DNA of 64,000 nt from contig OZ316898.1 of the NCBI GenBank assembly GCA_973895155.1, positions 3,472,480-3,536,479 of the forward strand. The letters run 5' to 3'. The translations under genes and the position numbers were made by a program. Shown here piece after piece: positions 49,483 through 64,000 of this stretch. Each line of letters opens with the position of its first letter. Positions within the stretch are counted from its first letter, which is position 1. This DNA comes from Marsupella aquatica (taxonomy: Eukaryota > Plantae > Marchantiophyta). A model generated the notes under the pieces. It saw nothing but the letters and a program-made list of their open reading frames with translations. It did not search any database and was not told the origin of the DNA.

Positions 49483-51162
49483 CAAAGTAACTCATATCGT
49501 GGATCTATCATTTACTCCGGCTACACCTAAGTTGCATAATCGGCCCTAGAGTTTCCTTTGTTACTATGGTGACTATTATTATATACATAAACTTATTTCC
49601 AAAACAAATTTTCTTTTAATCCAAACTAAATGAGTCCCGGCAAGAGAACTAATTCAATTTATGAAGTAGACCTAATCCCATTAGCATCCACCACATCCTA
49701 GTGTGGTGTGCCTATGGGGTCAAGATACTAGTTTTTAGGTGGCCAACTTCTTTGCTAGTACATAACTAGCCTAAGTCATCAAGGTTCTATAACCACAAAA
49801 ACTAGGAGCACCAATGGATGAGCTCAGCTTACCTATTTAAGTAACTATTTCATACTAGCTTCATTTGATGTAGTATATAATTTTGTATAACTACGTACAT
49901 AGTAAATAAGAATATACACTCAAATATTTTAAAATTTTCAAAAATGATAAATTAAATCATTAGCACCACAAGAAACATCCCTCCAACAACAGCTAATATT
50001 ATAAATATTACAAACTCAAAAAATGTATATTTTGGAGTATTGGTAAGTTCTAAAGCCATGCAATTGCATAATTTGGATGATAATGCTATCAAAGTTTGAA
50101 AGATATTATTGAAACTAGTTGTAAGTTTAAGAAGAACCAAAAAAAATCATGGAGATATTATTATTGCTAGACCCTTTAATAATTTATTCTTCTCTAATAA
50201 ATTCATAATTGGAAATGAGTGACAATCTCTTCTCTAATAAATTCAAAATAGTATTCAATTTTTTTCCAACTCTTTGTCCCCCCTTGGATGTATCCCAATG
50301 TGGTGTTTAAGAAATCGTATAGAGGCAACCATTCAAAATGTTGTGCTTTTAAGCATGGAGGTTAAAATCTTCTTTGAAACAAATTACAATTTAGATTACC
50401 ATCAAAATGTTGTGTTTTAAGTTTGGAGGTTCAAATACTCTTTGAGACAAATAATAAATTTAGATTACCAATTTGGATGCATCATGCAGTTACTATATTA
50501 ATGGCCAGTGAGCTTTCAATTTTTAGTGTTTATCAATTTTAAAATTCATATAATAAAAAACAACTATTAATAAAATGAGAATAATCATATTATTGTAAGC
50601 ACATATTCACCTCTGTTTCTCTTAAATGCGTGTTTTGATAGCTATTGAAGAGTAAAACATATTTATTATTTAGGAGACTGACATAAGAAAATACATTCAA
50701 ACCCAAAGTTTTGATATTGGTACAATGAATTTCATCCCTTAGTATTTTATGATATTAAAAACCTCATGAGTTAAACCTCATGATAGTCTAATTTAGATAG
50801 TCTAATTTAGATAAACCTGACAAAGTTTCATTATATTTTGAAACCATGTGGTCCATCACCAATGAGTGCAAAGATGGTGAAATATTATAGATGCCAATCG
50901 GCATTTCACTTTAATTGTGAAGAACGCCTTTAGTACTTGGGCATGAGCACCAACTTACTATTTTGGGAAATGATGCTTCACTTTTATGATGGACGCCCTG
51001 AGTAGTTTGCATGAGCCACAATTTACAGGTCACATATGAGTCAAAATGTAAAGAGTGCTATCCGAGAAGATTTTGATGTTTTGAGTCAGTCCATCCCAGC
51101 TTTGGAAATCAGTGGAGATCTCACAGCAAATCCCTCGTCCATCCACGCTTCACTTTTAGTTA

Positions 51163-53738
51163 TTATAAGTAACTGAAATTCTGGAAAAGGTGGTCCATGG
51201 GGATTTCAAAGACCAACATACTTTGTGGTCCATGAGGACTTCAAACATTTAAGAATCCTTGCAAAAGCTTGAAAACGAAGTGGTTATCCAGGTTTCATGA
51301 AAATTCTAAGCATCTTGATGTAAACCTTGACTTTCCAGGGTTGTGATTATTAAAGTCAAAAATTGACAGAGGTTTACACTATTCGTTGCACAGGCAGGTT
51401 TTGGCAAGGGGATATAACTCTAAAGGGAGCGACTATTTGAAGGGCATGGGGGTACTTTACAAGAAGTAACTTGGAGTCTCTTTTTGTTCTATGTCTGAGA
51501 TGTAATTGTAGCCGGTGAAATGTGGCCTTAATATGGCAAATTAACCCATTATCAACCCCAAACACTTGCTGGTAGGCCTCTTTATCTGCTGATTTGACCA
51601 TGATTGATTTTTAATAAAAAGTTAGACCACCTCTTGAATACACTAACATTTCTAATAAGTCCAACCAGATTGAATGGTTCTTGTCTACGTTCCGTGGAAG
51701 CATCCTTTTCTACATATTCCATAGTTTGACTCTCTCAAAAATATGCCTGGCCATACAAGTTTTCTTAAAATAACACAACATATTAACTTTTTTGGAAGTC
51801 ATTTTGAGAAACTGAACTCTCATATTAGGATATTTGTGGCACAAGAACGGGCACAAACCTTGCTGTGAACACTAGCAAAAACACTACATGTTCAGAGAGA
51901 CAATTGAGAAGGAGGGGCAGGGTTTAGGGACCTCCGGTTTGTTATTCCTAGGCCCTCAACACTAAAAATTTAATAAATCACCACAAATACAATTGTTTAC
52001 AGAAAAAACGAAGTGAATTGCTCAGTTGCTCTTGCTCGCATACCTCAAATAATGTTAGCTACCTACTATTTAATGCACTGGTAATAGTGTCACTCCAAAA
52101 TTAACCTTGATAAGTCTCTAATGTGCAATGTCCAAATTTTTGTGGGTCACCCAAATAGAAATAGTAAGACTAAATATGGTGAAGGCATCAGGGTCTCGGG
52201 GGGTTAACTAAGTGTATATTTTAGGGTACCACGTGCGATCCTAGCCTAATATAAATAGACCTATTTTATAAAGAGAATATTCTAAGAATATTCTCTATTT
52301 TCAATATTAACGACTTATTTTACTTTATAAAAGGTATATATTAAAGAATATTCTATAAACATGAATTTATAATACCTTCTTTTGCCTTCTACGCTTTTTA
52401 AAAATTTAGTTAAAATCAGTAAAAAATACCTATTTTGGATTGCACGTGGTTCCTAAAATTTTTGATAGTCAACCCCCTGAGATCAGGGTTTGTTTCACAT
52501 GTTGACTTAGGTTTTGGCAGTACAGGAAGCCTTATGGTTTTCTTGCAGAGTGTTTCACATCGTTCCATTTCAAGTCTGCACAAGAATATGAGTCATATCG
52601 GATTATTTCCTTGTAGCAGTCTCACATTCATTGTATCTACACCCTTGTATTATACACCATCCTTGAAAGCATGAGTCACACTGGAGTTCTTCCACCACCA
52701 CTGGTCATATATAAGGGAAAGTGTCCAAGACTTAGCCTCATTTGCAGGTTACACTCACTCCCTTCCTCTACCTTGCCAGTTTACTCCATGATATTTAAGG
52801 CAAAAATACTATCAATGTTGAAATGTGGTGCATTCAAGTTTGATGATGGACAATGGCAGTTTAAGATGTCTCACCTTGTATTTCAACCCCTTCTATTTCA
52901 CCCCCCACCAAAACACGAGTGTCTGAGCGGGTGTCTGAGCCGGGAGTGTCTCACCTTGTATTTCAAATCCTGGATTTTTCCCCATGACCCAACTCACCCT
53001 ACTTCATGCCATTCACAGAAAAACGTACTGATTGCATTGAATTTATGATAAGAGGATCACTGAGGTTCTGCATGCCCTCACATGAGTCTTCCAATTTCCC
53101 TCACAACCCGACTTCCTGTACTTTGCACATAAATAGACGTTATGCCCCCTGAATATTAGGAGGCTTTAATACAAGAAGTTGAGGGCGCAAATGATCACTA
53201 CTCACCCATTGCAGAAGTGAGGTCAGTTTCATACACCAAAGTTGAAGTGCCTGAGAACCTCAAGAGGTGGTCCAACTTTTTGATACAAAACCAATCATGG
53301 TCAAATCAGCAGGAGAAAGAGGCCTAGTAGCAGGTGTCTAGGATTGGTAATGGTTTTGCCATATTCTGCCGAAGCTAAAGCCACATTTGGATGGCTACGA
53401 TTATGTTTGAGATATAGAAACAAAAAGAGACTCAGGCTCCCTTCCTGGAACGTCCCCCCATGCCCTTCAAATAGTAGCTCTCCTGAAAGTTATACCCCTT
53501 GACAAACCCTCCCTTCACAATGAATAGTGTGAACTTCAATTTTTGACTTAAAAATAATCACAAGCGGACAAGACAATTGTTATATCAAGATGTTTTAGAA
53601 TTTTCATAGTCTGGATGACAATTGTGTTTCCGAGTACACAAGGATTCTTAAATGTTTGTCTAATTTGAAGTCCCCATGGATCACAAGGTTAGGCTTTGAA
53701 GCTCCCAGGGACCACATTTAATTGCAGTAACTTGATAT
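51163..53738. mobile_element. Non-autonomous element with ~470-bp diverged terminal inverted repeats (Mutator/foldback-like)
   Basis: 51163-51637 is the reverse complement of 53260-53738, e.g. ctatttgaagggcatgggg/ccccatgcccttcaaatag and gctgatttgaccatgattg/caatcatggtcaaatcagc. Confidence 0.75.
52195..52481. mobile_element. 287-bp MITE with 8-bp TSD, copy 2
   Basis: TIRs CTCGGGGGGTTAA / TCAACCCCCTGAG; TSD ATCAGGGT at 52187-52194 and 52482-52489; highly similar to 33704-33990. Confidence 0.92.
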
Positions 53739-56700
53739 TCATTAATTCAAATATTCTTTAGTATTGTGGATATGATCTATAGAGGGGTTGGTAAGATATA
53801 TTTCCATCAAATCAAAGTTACGGTGAATATTGTCATTTTGGTTAACTTTTCATCATAACATAAGGATGGGTAGACTCCACTAAGTTAATTCACCCTGTGT
53901 TAATAATGTTGAGCAAAGACAACATTCACAACAACAAACCCATAAACATCCAACATATAAGTAGTTGACACAGAGAGATATATATGATTCATCTCAGCTG
54001 AGGTTGCGTCCATGGGAATACATAAGTTTGCTGCACTCTAGGCCTTGCTCTCGGCCCGTCGGCCATACCGAGTCTCTGCAATACAAGATCATTTTCTCTA
54101 TTTCTTAACTGGCTCTCTAACAATGAGTCTAAATTCTTTCTCTCCAAGCAAATATCGCTTGGGATATAGTGTTCAACCTAGTTAACCTAACCTAGTCCAT
54201 AACTAAGGTCAGCCATTATTACGGTTATAATTGTAACCCCGGACCTAATAGTAAATATTTAACAAATTCAAAGTATATAGGCTTGTGTGTTTTAGGTGTT
54301 AATATGAAATATTTAGATGGTGTTTTTTGGTGTCTCCTCCTTCTCTGGTTACCCTGCGGTGCAAACCTAAAAATTATTTTAAATTACATCAATCTATGGG
54401 TTTCAAATTCCTTTGGGTGACAGAAGTGTGGTCCAGCAGTATGTCCAACAGGGTGGCCTATACTGGCTTTAGTTTCTGTTGTGGCCGTAAATCTATGGCC
54501 TTTGGGTCACCAAAATGTGGTCCACATGAGCCTTCTGTCCAAATATGGTGCGTCAGTTTCTGTTTTGTCAGTCAAATTATTAATGAGCTTTTCTTATAAT
54601 TAAGGACTTTTCAACGAGGGACTGCCTGAATTCGTGCGGAAGAGCATCGCGAAGTTTCCCCTGACTCCCTTTTTCTGCCCCCGGGCAAGTACTATAGGTG
54701 GGTGGCCGTTGCCACAAGCTTCCTTCACCAGAATCACCACAATTGGGTTCGGTCAATCTGCAGATGCGAAGACCGCCAGCTAGACACTCTTCTCTTCAAC
54801 AGAAAGCAAAGCGCAGACCCGAAGGACAAGCAAGACCTGGTTTTATGGATGCGGGACAAACGATCTTGTCCTCTCTCATCCCCACCAAGCAATCCGCAGT
54901 TCCGCACTCATCAGCTTGCAGCTGCAGGCGCTCAGGCCTCAGGGACATTGGCCCTCTAAGAGCTTTTACTGCTCCCGCATCCGAATCCGGATCCTCAGCG
55001 CCCTCGTGCCTCAGCAAAATCGCAGCTACGTCTACGCCGAGCTAGGCGGTCAGACGTCGTCACGTCGACTTTCCACACCACTGTTTGCAGAAACTGCACC
55101 GCGCCCACGTCAAATGGTGATCGGGCAACGGCAAGGCAGCGCCGCAAACTCGCGTCTCTAGCGGTATCCTGATCCCAACTGTGGAGGCTCAGACGAGACA
55201 TCTGGTCACCGGATCTTCGCAAAGAATAGTTCTCGGTCCCTTTGGCGGGGCCAAATCCTGATAAACAGCTAGCCTGCCATGATTTCCAGGAAATCCTCCC
55301 GAAGCGCGACGTGCCGGCGATTGAACCTTCTTCGCGAGGACGATCATCCGGAATCGAACGAGGATAATCTACTGTAGATGCTACAACTTATTACTTCCGT
55401 CTGCGTCCACAACAAACCTGGAATTTGAACACCCGTTATCAATATGGGTGATGAGCTCTATGTGGGTAATGAAACTGGAACCAGAATGGGTAATGAACCT
55501 GAAATCAATTGTAGAAGCTCTACTCTAACATGTCCGCAGCCGTTTCAGGCAAAACCGACGGAAGGAATCGGAAGTTTAATCCGATGTCCTCCTGTAAATC
55601 GTTTGATTTCGCTCAATTGAAATGTCAGCGTCGATACGTGGCTAAGCTAGTCGAAAGCCTTACAGCTCCTGCTACTACCTTCAGCAGGACCTTATTCTTG
55701 AAATGCTCGTCAAAATGATCAAATTGTTTTCACAACCAACATTTTGTTTGAATACCGTCTCATTCAAGACTTCAGACCTTGTAATTCGAGTTCTACACGC
55801 ACTGCACGAGGCACTGCACAGCCTAGCATGTTTTCTATCGCTGAGCCCGTTTCTAAGCTCGAAGGATCCGCAGACTTGGACCTAAATTCGTACCAGACTA
55901 CCTTTATAAGTTGCGTTTCTGACAATATCTACAAGTTGCCAACCAAATGCCACGCAGTAAGCCCTTGTGGCAGAGGGCATTTCGATGGAACAATCACCTG
56001 AGTAGATCCTTCAATTCAGCCTGGAGAGTACCTACACCTGGACAGATTGGTAAACGCATGGGTATGAAGGTGCGGGCTCCCCGGCGGGCTCCTTCTTTTA
56101 AATTTGAATTTTCCTTACGGAATTCCTTACTGTTGTTACAAACATAGTAAACGAGGTCAAGAGAGGTGCAAGTGATGAATTATACGAGGCTTCAATTGTA
56201 AAAATTAACAACTGAACTCTAGTCGGCATGCGAAGAGATAATCACATAGCAATGGCCCCCAACGTGAGCTGTACTCGGCATGAAAATTAAGACACAATAT
56301 GTGAGTGGCCCTCAAGGTGAGCGCCCTCTAGATCAGCAATTTCTTAACTGAATTGAATACTTCAAGAATACAATCCTGATCCTTAAATGGAAAAGAAAAC
56401 ACACAGGCTTCCTTGATCCTCACAAGTAGCCCCGGGTTCATCGACTAGTAACAGACTGTCTTTGCTAGTTTAGAGATAGGAATAACTCCGATCAAACGAG
56501 TGACCTCATCAACCTCAAGACTTCTATACTTATCAGGAATGGTTACAACAGCTGGCTCAATGCTTCAGCAGCAATGAAGACTGAAAATTCTAACTGTACA
56601 AGTTAAGGGCCCAAATGTTAGTCAGACCCCACTCTCTACAAAACAAAAATTGAGGTGACAGAACAAGTATTGACTAGTGCCGTGCATTTGGCAATTGACA

Positions 56701-57822
56701 ATTATCAACTACTTGCTTGTTATATGCCTTAGTATTAGAGGGGAACCATTTTACATCTGCTGCGTCTACCGAAGTATCAGGCTCCGCCCGTTTCCAGTAT
56801 TTCATGTTGTTATGGTCACTTTCCACTACAGCAGAATAGGACCCAAAGTACAGAGGGCTACTCTTCGCTTCCACGTTTTGTTCGAGGTTTGGTTCAAGTT
56901 GCGAGTCGAACCTCAATTGTTGAGGTCTGCTCGTGCCCGACGATGTAGAAGTGTTACTCTTTCCCGGCCCTTTGGTTGCGGTCAGTGTCTCGCCGGAAAA
57001 AATTCCCCGCGCCACTCCGCATATCCTGTCCTCAGGACGAAACTGAGGCTTTTTTTTCTTGAGAACAGGCCCCACCTGCAGCTTCTTCGCCACAATATCG
57101 ATCTCTCGAGTTGCATCCATGATCGCTGTGGCCGGTATGGACTATTTGTGATCACTTTCCCTCAAGTTTCTTAACAAATCTGGACTCCACTGGAACAATA
57201 TATCCGACCTGTAATCAGTCCGTCGCTTGACGCACCTGCCTCCTCAGGAACGCACTATTGAAGTTCCGAGCCAGATGTGCACTACAATCGAGCGCTGTTG
57301 ATCACTTCAATTGGAGTGGTCTCCTCAAAATTTGTAAAACCGATTACTATGGACAGCCACTATGACCTTGAAAATGTCTACCTCCTCAAGAACCACCTCT
57401 CAGTTCCTTTTCAGGTTCTCAGAAATTGAAACCGACTCACCAAAGGATAGAAATCTCTCGTTGAAAAATACGACTACGGAAACGGACATAGAGTATCACC
57501 AGAGGGACTACTCTTCTGAGTTCGACTCGCAACTTGACTGCATCTTGTGCCCCTTCTAATTGCTGGCTCTACTTAAACCATGCCACGACGAATACACGTC
57601 GCGACATCCCAAGGGCAGCTTACGTCAATCGGGTCAGCAATCAGTTCATACATGACTCTTCCATGCAATGGCTATCTCTTGATTCGCAAGCACCGTATTG
57701 TATTATATTCTCTCTAGCCTTCTGCACCTCCCGATATCTACAACCGACCAACACCCTCAAAAACCGCGTCAATAATTCAGTCCCTGTGAGCAATAATTAA
57801 CCAAAGTGGGCTGTAGTGCTCA

Positions 57823-59078
57823 GAGCATCTCCAGCAGTTTAGGGGCCAATATTATCTAAACCAAATTTAGCAGCCGGAAATGCAGGCCAGGGAATTTGCT
57901 ACTCCGCTATTTACGAGGCTTAACCAGCGATTGCGTCAAATTAGCGGCCTCCATCTCTATAGAACATCCCCACAGGTTGCGCCAGTAGGGGGCTCATATT
58001 GGGGATATTTTCAGGCCCGGGCTGTCGTCCATCAATTGCCCTGATCTTTCTCCCTCCCGACCGGATGGAAAACACACGGACTAGAGAGCACTGGACTACT
58101 GTATACAGAGAAGTAGAGAAAGCACAGACATCAAAACACATGAACTGGAAGAATGTGATGAGCCAAGAGTGTCGATCTGCCTCAGCAAGAAATACCGATC
58201 GCCGATTTTGAATAGCGAGATGAGCAGGCCGGGATGGTGACCCCTTGTTGAGGCCAGAATTGGTGGTCTGGCCTCCAATTTTGGTCGGCCCAAAGGAAAC
58301 AGGTGCACATAGTGGGGTGCTGATAGTGGGAGACGGTTGGGTATCAAATTTTAATTTCTAGGGATGTAACTCCATATGCCTGAGGGTAATTGCAAGCACA
58401 TGAATAAGCACCATCATACTGTGAACTGTGTTAGGTGGCAAGCTTCCACAGGTTGAATGGATTTTCCATACCACGAAAAATCAAATTGTTCGTGTATATC
58501 ACTGAGTGTTATTCCTTCTCAGGCTGCGGCTTTTCTATATCACTGAGTGTTATGCTCTGAGCACTGAGCTTTTCTATATCACTGAGTTGCTGCTTTTTGA
58601 TTCACCATGACCCACTCGATATTGGTAACGGGCCTGTTGCTTTTCAGGAGGGGTGGATGTCACTTTTAGGACGGGTGGGAATGCTCTAACCAATGGAGCA
58701 GATCGATGACATTCAAATTGCATAGTGTCTCAATCAGATTGCACGAGGAAAGTCGCCATTCACTATAGCGCGAATTTGATACGAACGGCGCTAACTTTCA
58801 ACTCTTCCCAGATTCTAATCTCGCATGGGAGAACAGGAGCTAGTGAAAAATGTGTATATGGACTCAGTGGATGGCGGTACTAGTTAGCGACTGTCATTCC
58901 TGGAAAATGCTAGGGAAAATGTGGCGGCCAGGCTCTTGAGATAGGAGAGCCGACCGCCAAGTCTATTCCCAAGCAATATTGGGGGGAACAGGGAACCCTT
59001 GCCACCACGTTTGGTTGCTAAATGGAGAATTTGGCAGTTACAAGCCTGTTTGAATTGGCTGTACCTTTGGAGATGCTC
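57823..59078. mobile_element. Possible PIF/Harbinger (Tourist-like) non-autonomous element
   Basis: GAGCATCTCCA ... TGGAGATGCTC 11-bp TIR and subterminal atttagcagcc/ggttgctaaat; TSD not matched. Confidence 0.4.
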
Positions 59079-62000
59079 GACTCCTGCCACAATTGGCGCT
59101 CTCTTTCTCTCCCTCTTCTATCTATAATTCATTCTTCCCAGCTTCTAGCAACTGCAGCAACAGTTCATCGTAGGGACCCACATTTCTTCGTCTTCATTAT
59201 AGCGTTCACAATGTCTTCTCGTCAGCAGTGCGGCCATGACTTCATGAAAGCATCTCGTCTGCTCATCTTGCTCCGCTAATTAAACTCTCTCACAAGTTGC
59301 TTTTCACGATCACTCGATCCTTTTCATGAGCGTTTTACAATTTGTTGGTTTCTGCATCTCGAAGAAGGGTGGGCCAAGAAAAGAAGCTGACCACACCAGA
59401 ATTCACCAAAGCAACGATCCTGGCTACCTGGAGGAGATCTACAGAGACCTAGACTGGACCCACCGATCAAGTGACATCTGAATCAAATCTACTTGTTTCT
59501 TCTTCTATTAGCAGACTAGAATGTGGCTGTCCAGAATTGGTGAAGGGTTCATCTACTTATATACCAAATATAAAAAAATCTCTTTCTCTCGCCCTCCCCG
59601 CTTTTCACAACATGCGTTGGTCATAGCTGAGTGGCCAGTGGCCAAACAAGTCTGCGGTTCAGTTCCCTATGGAGTGTTCTTTTCACACTAGTACATACTA
59701 GCATTGCTATTATTAAGAGTCATAGAACCTATCTATCTAGCACTTCGAGCATGCCAAGCTCGAACATGCCAAGCTCTGATCTTGCATGTGCACGTTTGCA
59801 GGTCGGGTCCCCTTCTACAGTAGATTCCTTTGACACTTCATTGTTAAGTAAAGGCAAATTGGGTGCCTTGCTTTCTGGTCCCTTTCTGGACTCAATTGTA
59901 TCATTTCCATGCAAACGCTTCTCTTCACTTTGTCCATCCGTATCATTTTTTAACAACTTACTGCTCGGAGTAAGTCAGTGTCTGCGCATCTTCCTACAGG
60001 GCCATGTTCTTATATTAAATATTCCTTTCTTTGCCCTGCATGATTGGTTTTTTTTTTCCCACCCTCCCACACCTTGTCCTTCTGGACCTCGTGCAGAAAG
60101 CAAAGTTTTTTCCAGCTGTTAAAAGGAGTTGCCTATAGAAGCAGTGTACATCTACATCTACTCAGTGGGACAAACTAAACCTTTGAACTAAACCTTTTGT
60201 CCTTACACTTTAAGTGCATCTCCAACCCAACTGGGTTTTGTTATTGCAATGAGTTGCTGACCCAACCGAGTAAAAATATGTCAGGTCTAACCCACTCACT
60301 ACAATGCCATTGGGTGTTCAGGAACTGTAACTGGATCAGTTTATGGTAGAGATTATACAATAGCTGATTATGTACAGTCGTGAGTTGTTGTTAGGTTTTC
60401 AAAATTTCAATGTACACAGACTTGTCATACACTTAATATACCTCTTGTTTAGGGAAGTTACCCTGTTAGAGTTACCCTGCTTTTCAGGAGACCATGATAG
60501 CTACCTAGAGTGAACTAAAAATAGATGTTCAGGCCTGCATTTAATGTACCCAGTAAGCAAATTCCCATTGGATTAGAGATGCGCCAACCGCTTAACAAGG
60601 GTGTATTCTGCACATTGTCCCAGTCATTGCAGTAAAGGCAGGGTTGGAGGTAACAATACAATTGAAGCCCCTAATACCTGTACTCAGGCTCCACCATGGA
60701 GCCCACCGTTGGCCATGGGGATTGGGAGAATTATAATGGCCGCCTAGAAGATGCCAGAAACCAAAGCACTTCCATATATATGACTTTGGCAATGAACAAG
60801 AATAGCCTAACCGGGAGATAGGATAGCAAAGACAAGAAGATCCATTAAAGGAGAGAAACCAGGGAAAAATCTAAGAGGACCTGAAAGCAAAATAGCCCAA
60901 GAGTCTGCCAAAACAGCAAACAAAACTATGGCCAAAATGTCAACACTTCAATCTTTTCTACTTTGCTCAGCACCAAATAGTGGGGCTCATGTTGCAATGA
61001 ACTAGGCAATGTGAGTAAAGCCAATGAAGGTCAATTCTATCTAACCAAGTAACCATACTCCATAAGGTTGCTCCAACTTGAACCAACCAGGGGAACAACC
61101 TTTCCCAAATGATAGTAGAAAGCTTAGATTAGGATTATTATATACACTCAGATAATCATCATATGACACAATTTTCTTAAGTGTGGCTTTTATTAGGAGA
61201 CCTTGGTGGCAGTTTCCACTTCTTTTCTTGGTATCCAAGATGTGATGGGGCCCGGGATGGGCCCATCCATTGTGGAGAAATTAAAGTGCTATTGTTCATT
61301 TTACAACATGTTGGGGGCACTTTCAACCTAACATGTTGCCTATCCTACATGGAATGGAGTGGGACCCAATTCTTGCTTATGTGGAGCACATTTGTGATAG
61401 ACCACCTTTGTTGGAGGTCTTTAGTTTAGGCTTTGTTGGAGGTCTTCTGGCCCCCTTGGTGCATTCCTATTCTGAGTCATTTGCATTAAAAGTGGACCTA
61501 CAATTCCTTCATAAGATGTTCAATATGTTGTCAGAGCTAGAACGACTAGACAAAGAAAAACCCCTGACATTGCGGGTCCCCAACCTGTCTTTTAGCAAAT
61601 GACTCCAGCACCACTTGCTGCACTTAGCTTTACAAGAACTTAGTGGCCATAAAAGGATTCCAAAAAAGCTTTTAGCCAGGTACACTATATTTAGTGTGTG
61701 AAGTGACTCTGCAGTTTGCTTAGGTCAAAAACGCTTTCAAGTGCCCCCAAAGTAAAGCCACCCTTAGTGATAACTAAAGGAGTGAGGATCCCCCCAAAGA
61801 AAGGAAAGTAGCTCGTCTTGTAATTATGTTTCTCCTAAAGTAAGAATAAATTCGTTTTAGGTGACTTGGTGCTTATGCCCCCTCCGGCCCTCCCTGGTAG
61901 CTCATGTACTTACAAAGAGTGGGCCCCACTTTTAAGGCCGTGTCCACATATGTCAATTTTCTAATAGACAACTTTCTAGCTTCTACTCCCATTCAAAAAA

Positions 62001-62889
62001 GTAGTGGGCCTTTCATGTACTTCTCACATAGTGACTTTATATACTGACACCCAAGATCATGAACTTAGGAAACAAAAGTGGGAAAGTTAAAAGTAAAGCC
62101 ACCCTTAGCTTTCCCTTTCCCGTGGATCAAGTGGAGTTCATTTCGCGGTCTGTCTTGATCGAGTGACAACTCACTGAACGCATACTAGTGTCAGCCTGCC
62201 AAGTCATTGTGGAGGTGGAAACAATCCAACCAACCAACCTACTTACATTACTTTGATTTTGTTGCAGAAAGACAAGGAGGCCACCATGCATTAAAAGGAA
62301 TTTCTAATGCAACAAAGAGAAATGACCAACTCCATGCAAAATTGAAATAATTATCAATTTTGAAATCTATGATTAAAAAATATGTGGTCTGCTATACTCA
62401 AATTTATGCCCGAATGGACCCCCATATTTGTCAAAATGCTCATAGAGACTTTTCTGATCCAATGGACTGCAGTGCAACATTGTCTTCTGTATATATTACA
62501 CCAATATATGAGTGAAATGTGACAAGAAATGTGACAGTCAATTTTGGAAATTAGTCGGTCTCTCAATTCTCAATGAAATTGACAGTATTAAGCTCATTGG
62601 AAAGATCGATCTTTCCAAGCCCTTCCAACAGCCCTTCATAACAAACCCCCTTAAATCAGATTTCATTATTTAGATATAGGGGGATATTGAATGCCATTGT
62701 TAGTGGTTAGAATGCTTTAGGAAGTACAAAGTGTGCATACTACGTGATGGAGTGATGCTAATAAATTCACGACTCTCTCATCATGAAAACTAAAGATATT
62801 AGACCAGTTGGTTGGAAAAATCTTTTTAAGCGGTCTCTAAAGAACCCAAGAATATCCACTTCATTCATTATCAAGGGTTTTATTGGCCA

Positions 62890-63950
62890 CTAGCCCGATG
62901 CCTGTGCGTTGCACAAAAGATGTTGAGGTGCAAAAAGATGTTGAGGTGAAGAAAGGATGTCGGTGTGAAAAAAGTTGTCGATGAGAGAAAAAGATGTCAA
63001 GGTGAAAAAAAAATGTTAGTGTGAAAAAAGTTGTCGATGAGAGAAAAAGATGTTGAGGTGAAGAAAAAATGTTAGTGTGAAAGAAGTTGTCGATGAGAGA
63101 AAAAGATGTTGAGGTGAAGAAAAAATGTTAGTGTGAAAAAAAATGTTGATGAGAGAAAAAGATGTCAAGGTGAGGAAAAGAAGTCAAAGCGAAAAAAGAT
63201 GTTGAGGAAAGAAAATATGGCAAGGTGAGGAAAAGAGGCGAAGATGAGGAGAACTTGTCAAGGAGAGAAAAGATGTCGACGGTGATGGAAAGATGCTGTG
63301 GTGAGATAAAGAACACAAAAAATGCCCATGTATTGCACAGAGATGTTGAGGTGAAGAAAATATGTTGAAAGGAGAAAAAGATGTTGAGGTGTGGCAAAGT
63401 TGTAGAGGAAACACAAAAAAAATGCAGACCAAACTCATTCTCTATGCGCCCCAAAAAGGTGTTGCATAAAAAATGTCATTATTAAAAAAATATAGTCATT
63501 TTGATCATTATTGTGAATATGTTATTGATGAGGAGGATGAAGGTGAGAACATGGAGATGCAAGGGTGATAGTGGCCATTACATCACAAAGTAGTAAGATG
63601 ATCACCCAAAAAATGATACAAGTTTTATTAAAATTAAAATTATTAATATTTAAGTAAATAAATATATACATACTTATTATTTTTAAAAGGGGGGGGGGGG
63701 GGGGGGGGGGGGCAGGAAAAATACAAAATTATCTCAGTTAACCCCTTCTATGTTTTTCCCTACCTTTTTCATTCTCATGTTCCTCAAATTTTGTCCCTTT
63801 TTTCCTTTATATGGCCCTCCCCTTTTTTTTTACTCCATGCCAATTTCTCACTACTTTCTCCATGATCTTTGGATAGTGCTTTATCTTTATATTTTTATGA
63901 GAGTATAATAGTTGCACCCTTGTAGAGTTGTAGTTCCCATGGGTGAGTAA
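62890..63950 (-). mobile_element. Second non-autonomous Helitron copy (3' portion)
   Basis: a|CTAGCCCGATGCCTGTGCGTTGCAC end motif; body co-linear with 30280-30420 plus 40861-41960; poly-G at ~63688-63712. Confidence 0.72.
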
Positions 63951-64000
63951 AAGGTTCAATCTTACAATTCATAATTGTACTCTCAAGTACAATTGTTCTT

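Noticed and set aside
60400-61800. Possible LINE or other retro relic
   Set aside because: No recognisable endonuclease or RT motif could be supported.

Overview
Eukaryotic land-plant nuclear DNA. Short GT-AG introns and the gene and transposon content suggest a non-seed plant such as a bryophyte (inference). The first ~24 kb holds four spliced host genes: the 3' part of cytosolic glucose-6-phosphate isomerase, PRP38, SNAPC3/SRD2, and a membrane-tethered NAC transcription factor. The remaining ~40 kb is a nested transposon field with two standout elements. (1) At 30423-40860 (minus strand) is a decayed Ty3/Gypsy-type retroelement. Its polyprotein order is gag-2xCCHC-protease-C5 cytosine DNA methyltransferase-RT-RNase H-integrase-PHD finger. 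It has TGTC...GACA ends and a 4-bp TSD but no detectable LTRs. A related relic at ~47.2-48.5 kb ends in a split direct-repeat (B-A-B) structure with a CA-nn-TG-like junction. (2) At ~25.9-28.3 kb is a five-exon Crypton/DUF3504-type tyrosine recombinase gene. It is embedded in an array of four ~260-300 bp units, each starting with a lox/att-like site (9-bp inverted arms around a 7-bp spacer); the two sites flanking the gene have identical spacers and lie 4080 bp apart. Also present: non-autonomous Helitrons, two copies of a 287-bp MITE with 8-bp TSDs, a long-TIR foldback element, a Copia LTR with a half-tRNA-Ile PBS, and many local tandem duplications. All calls were made by eye from sequence and ORF translations; no database search was run.
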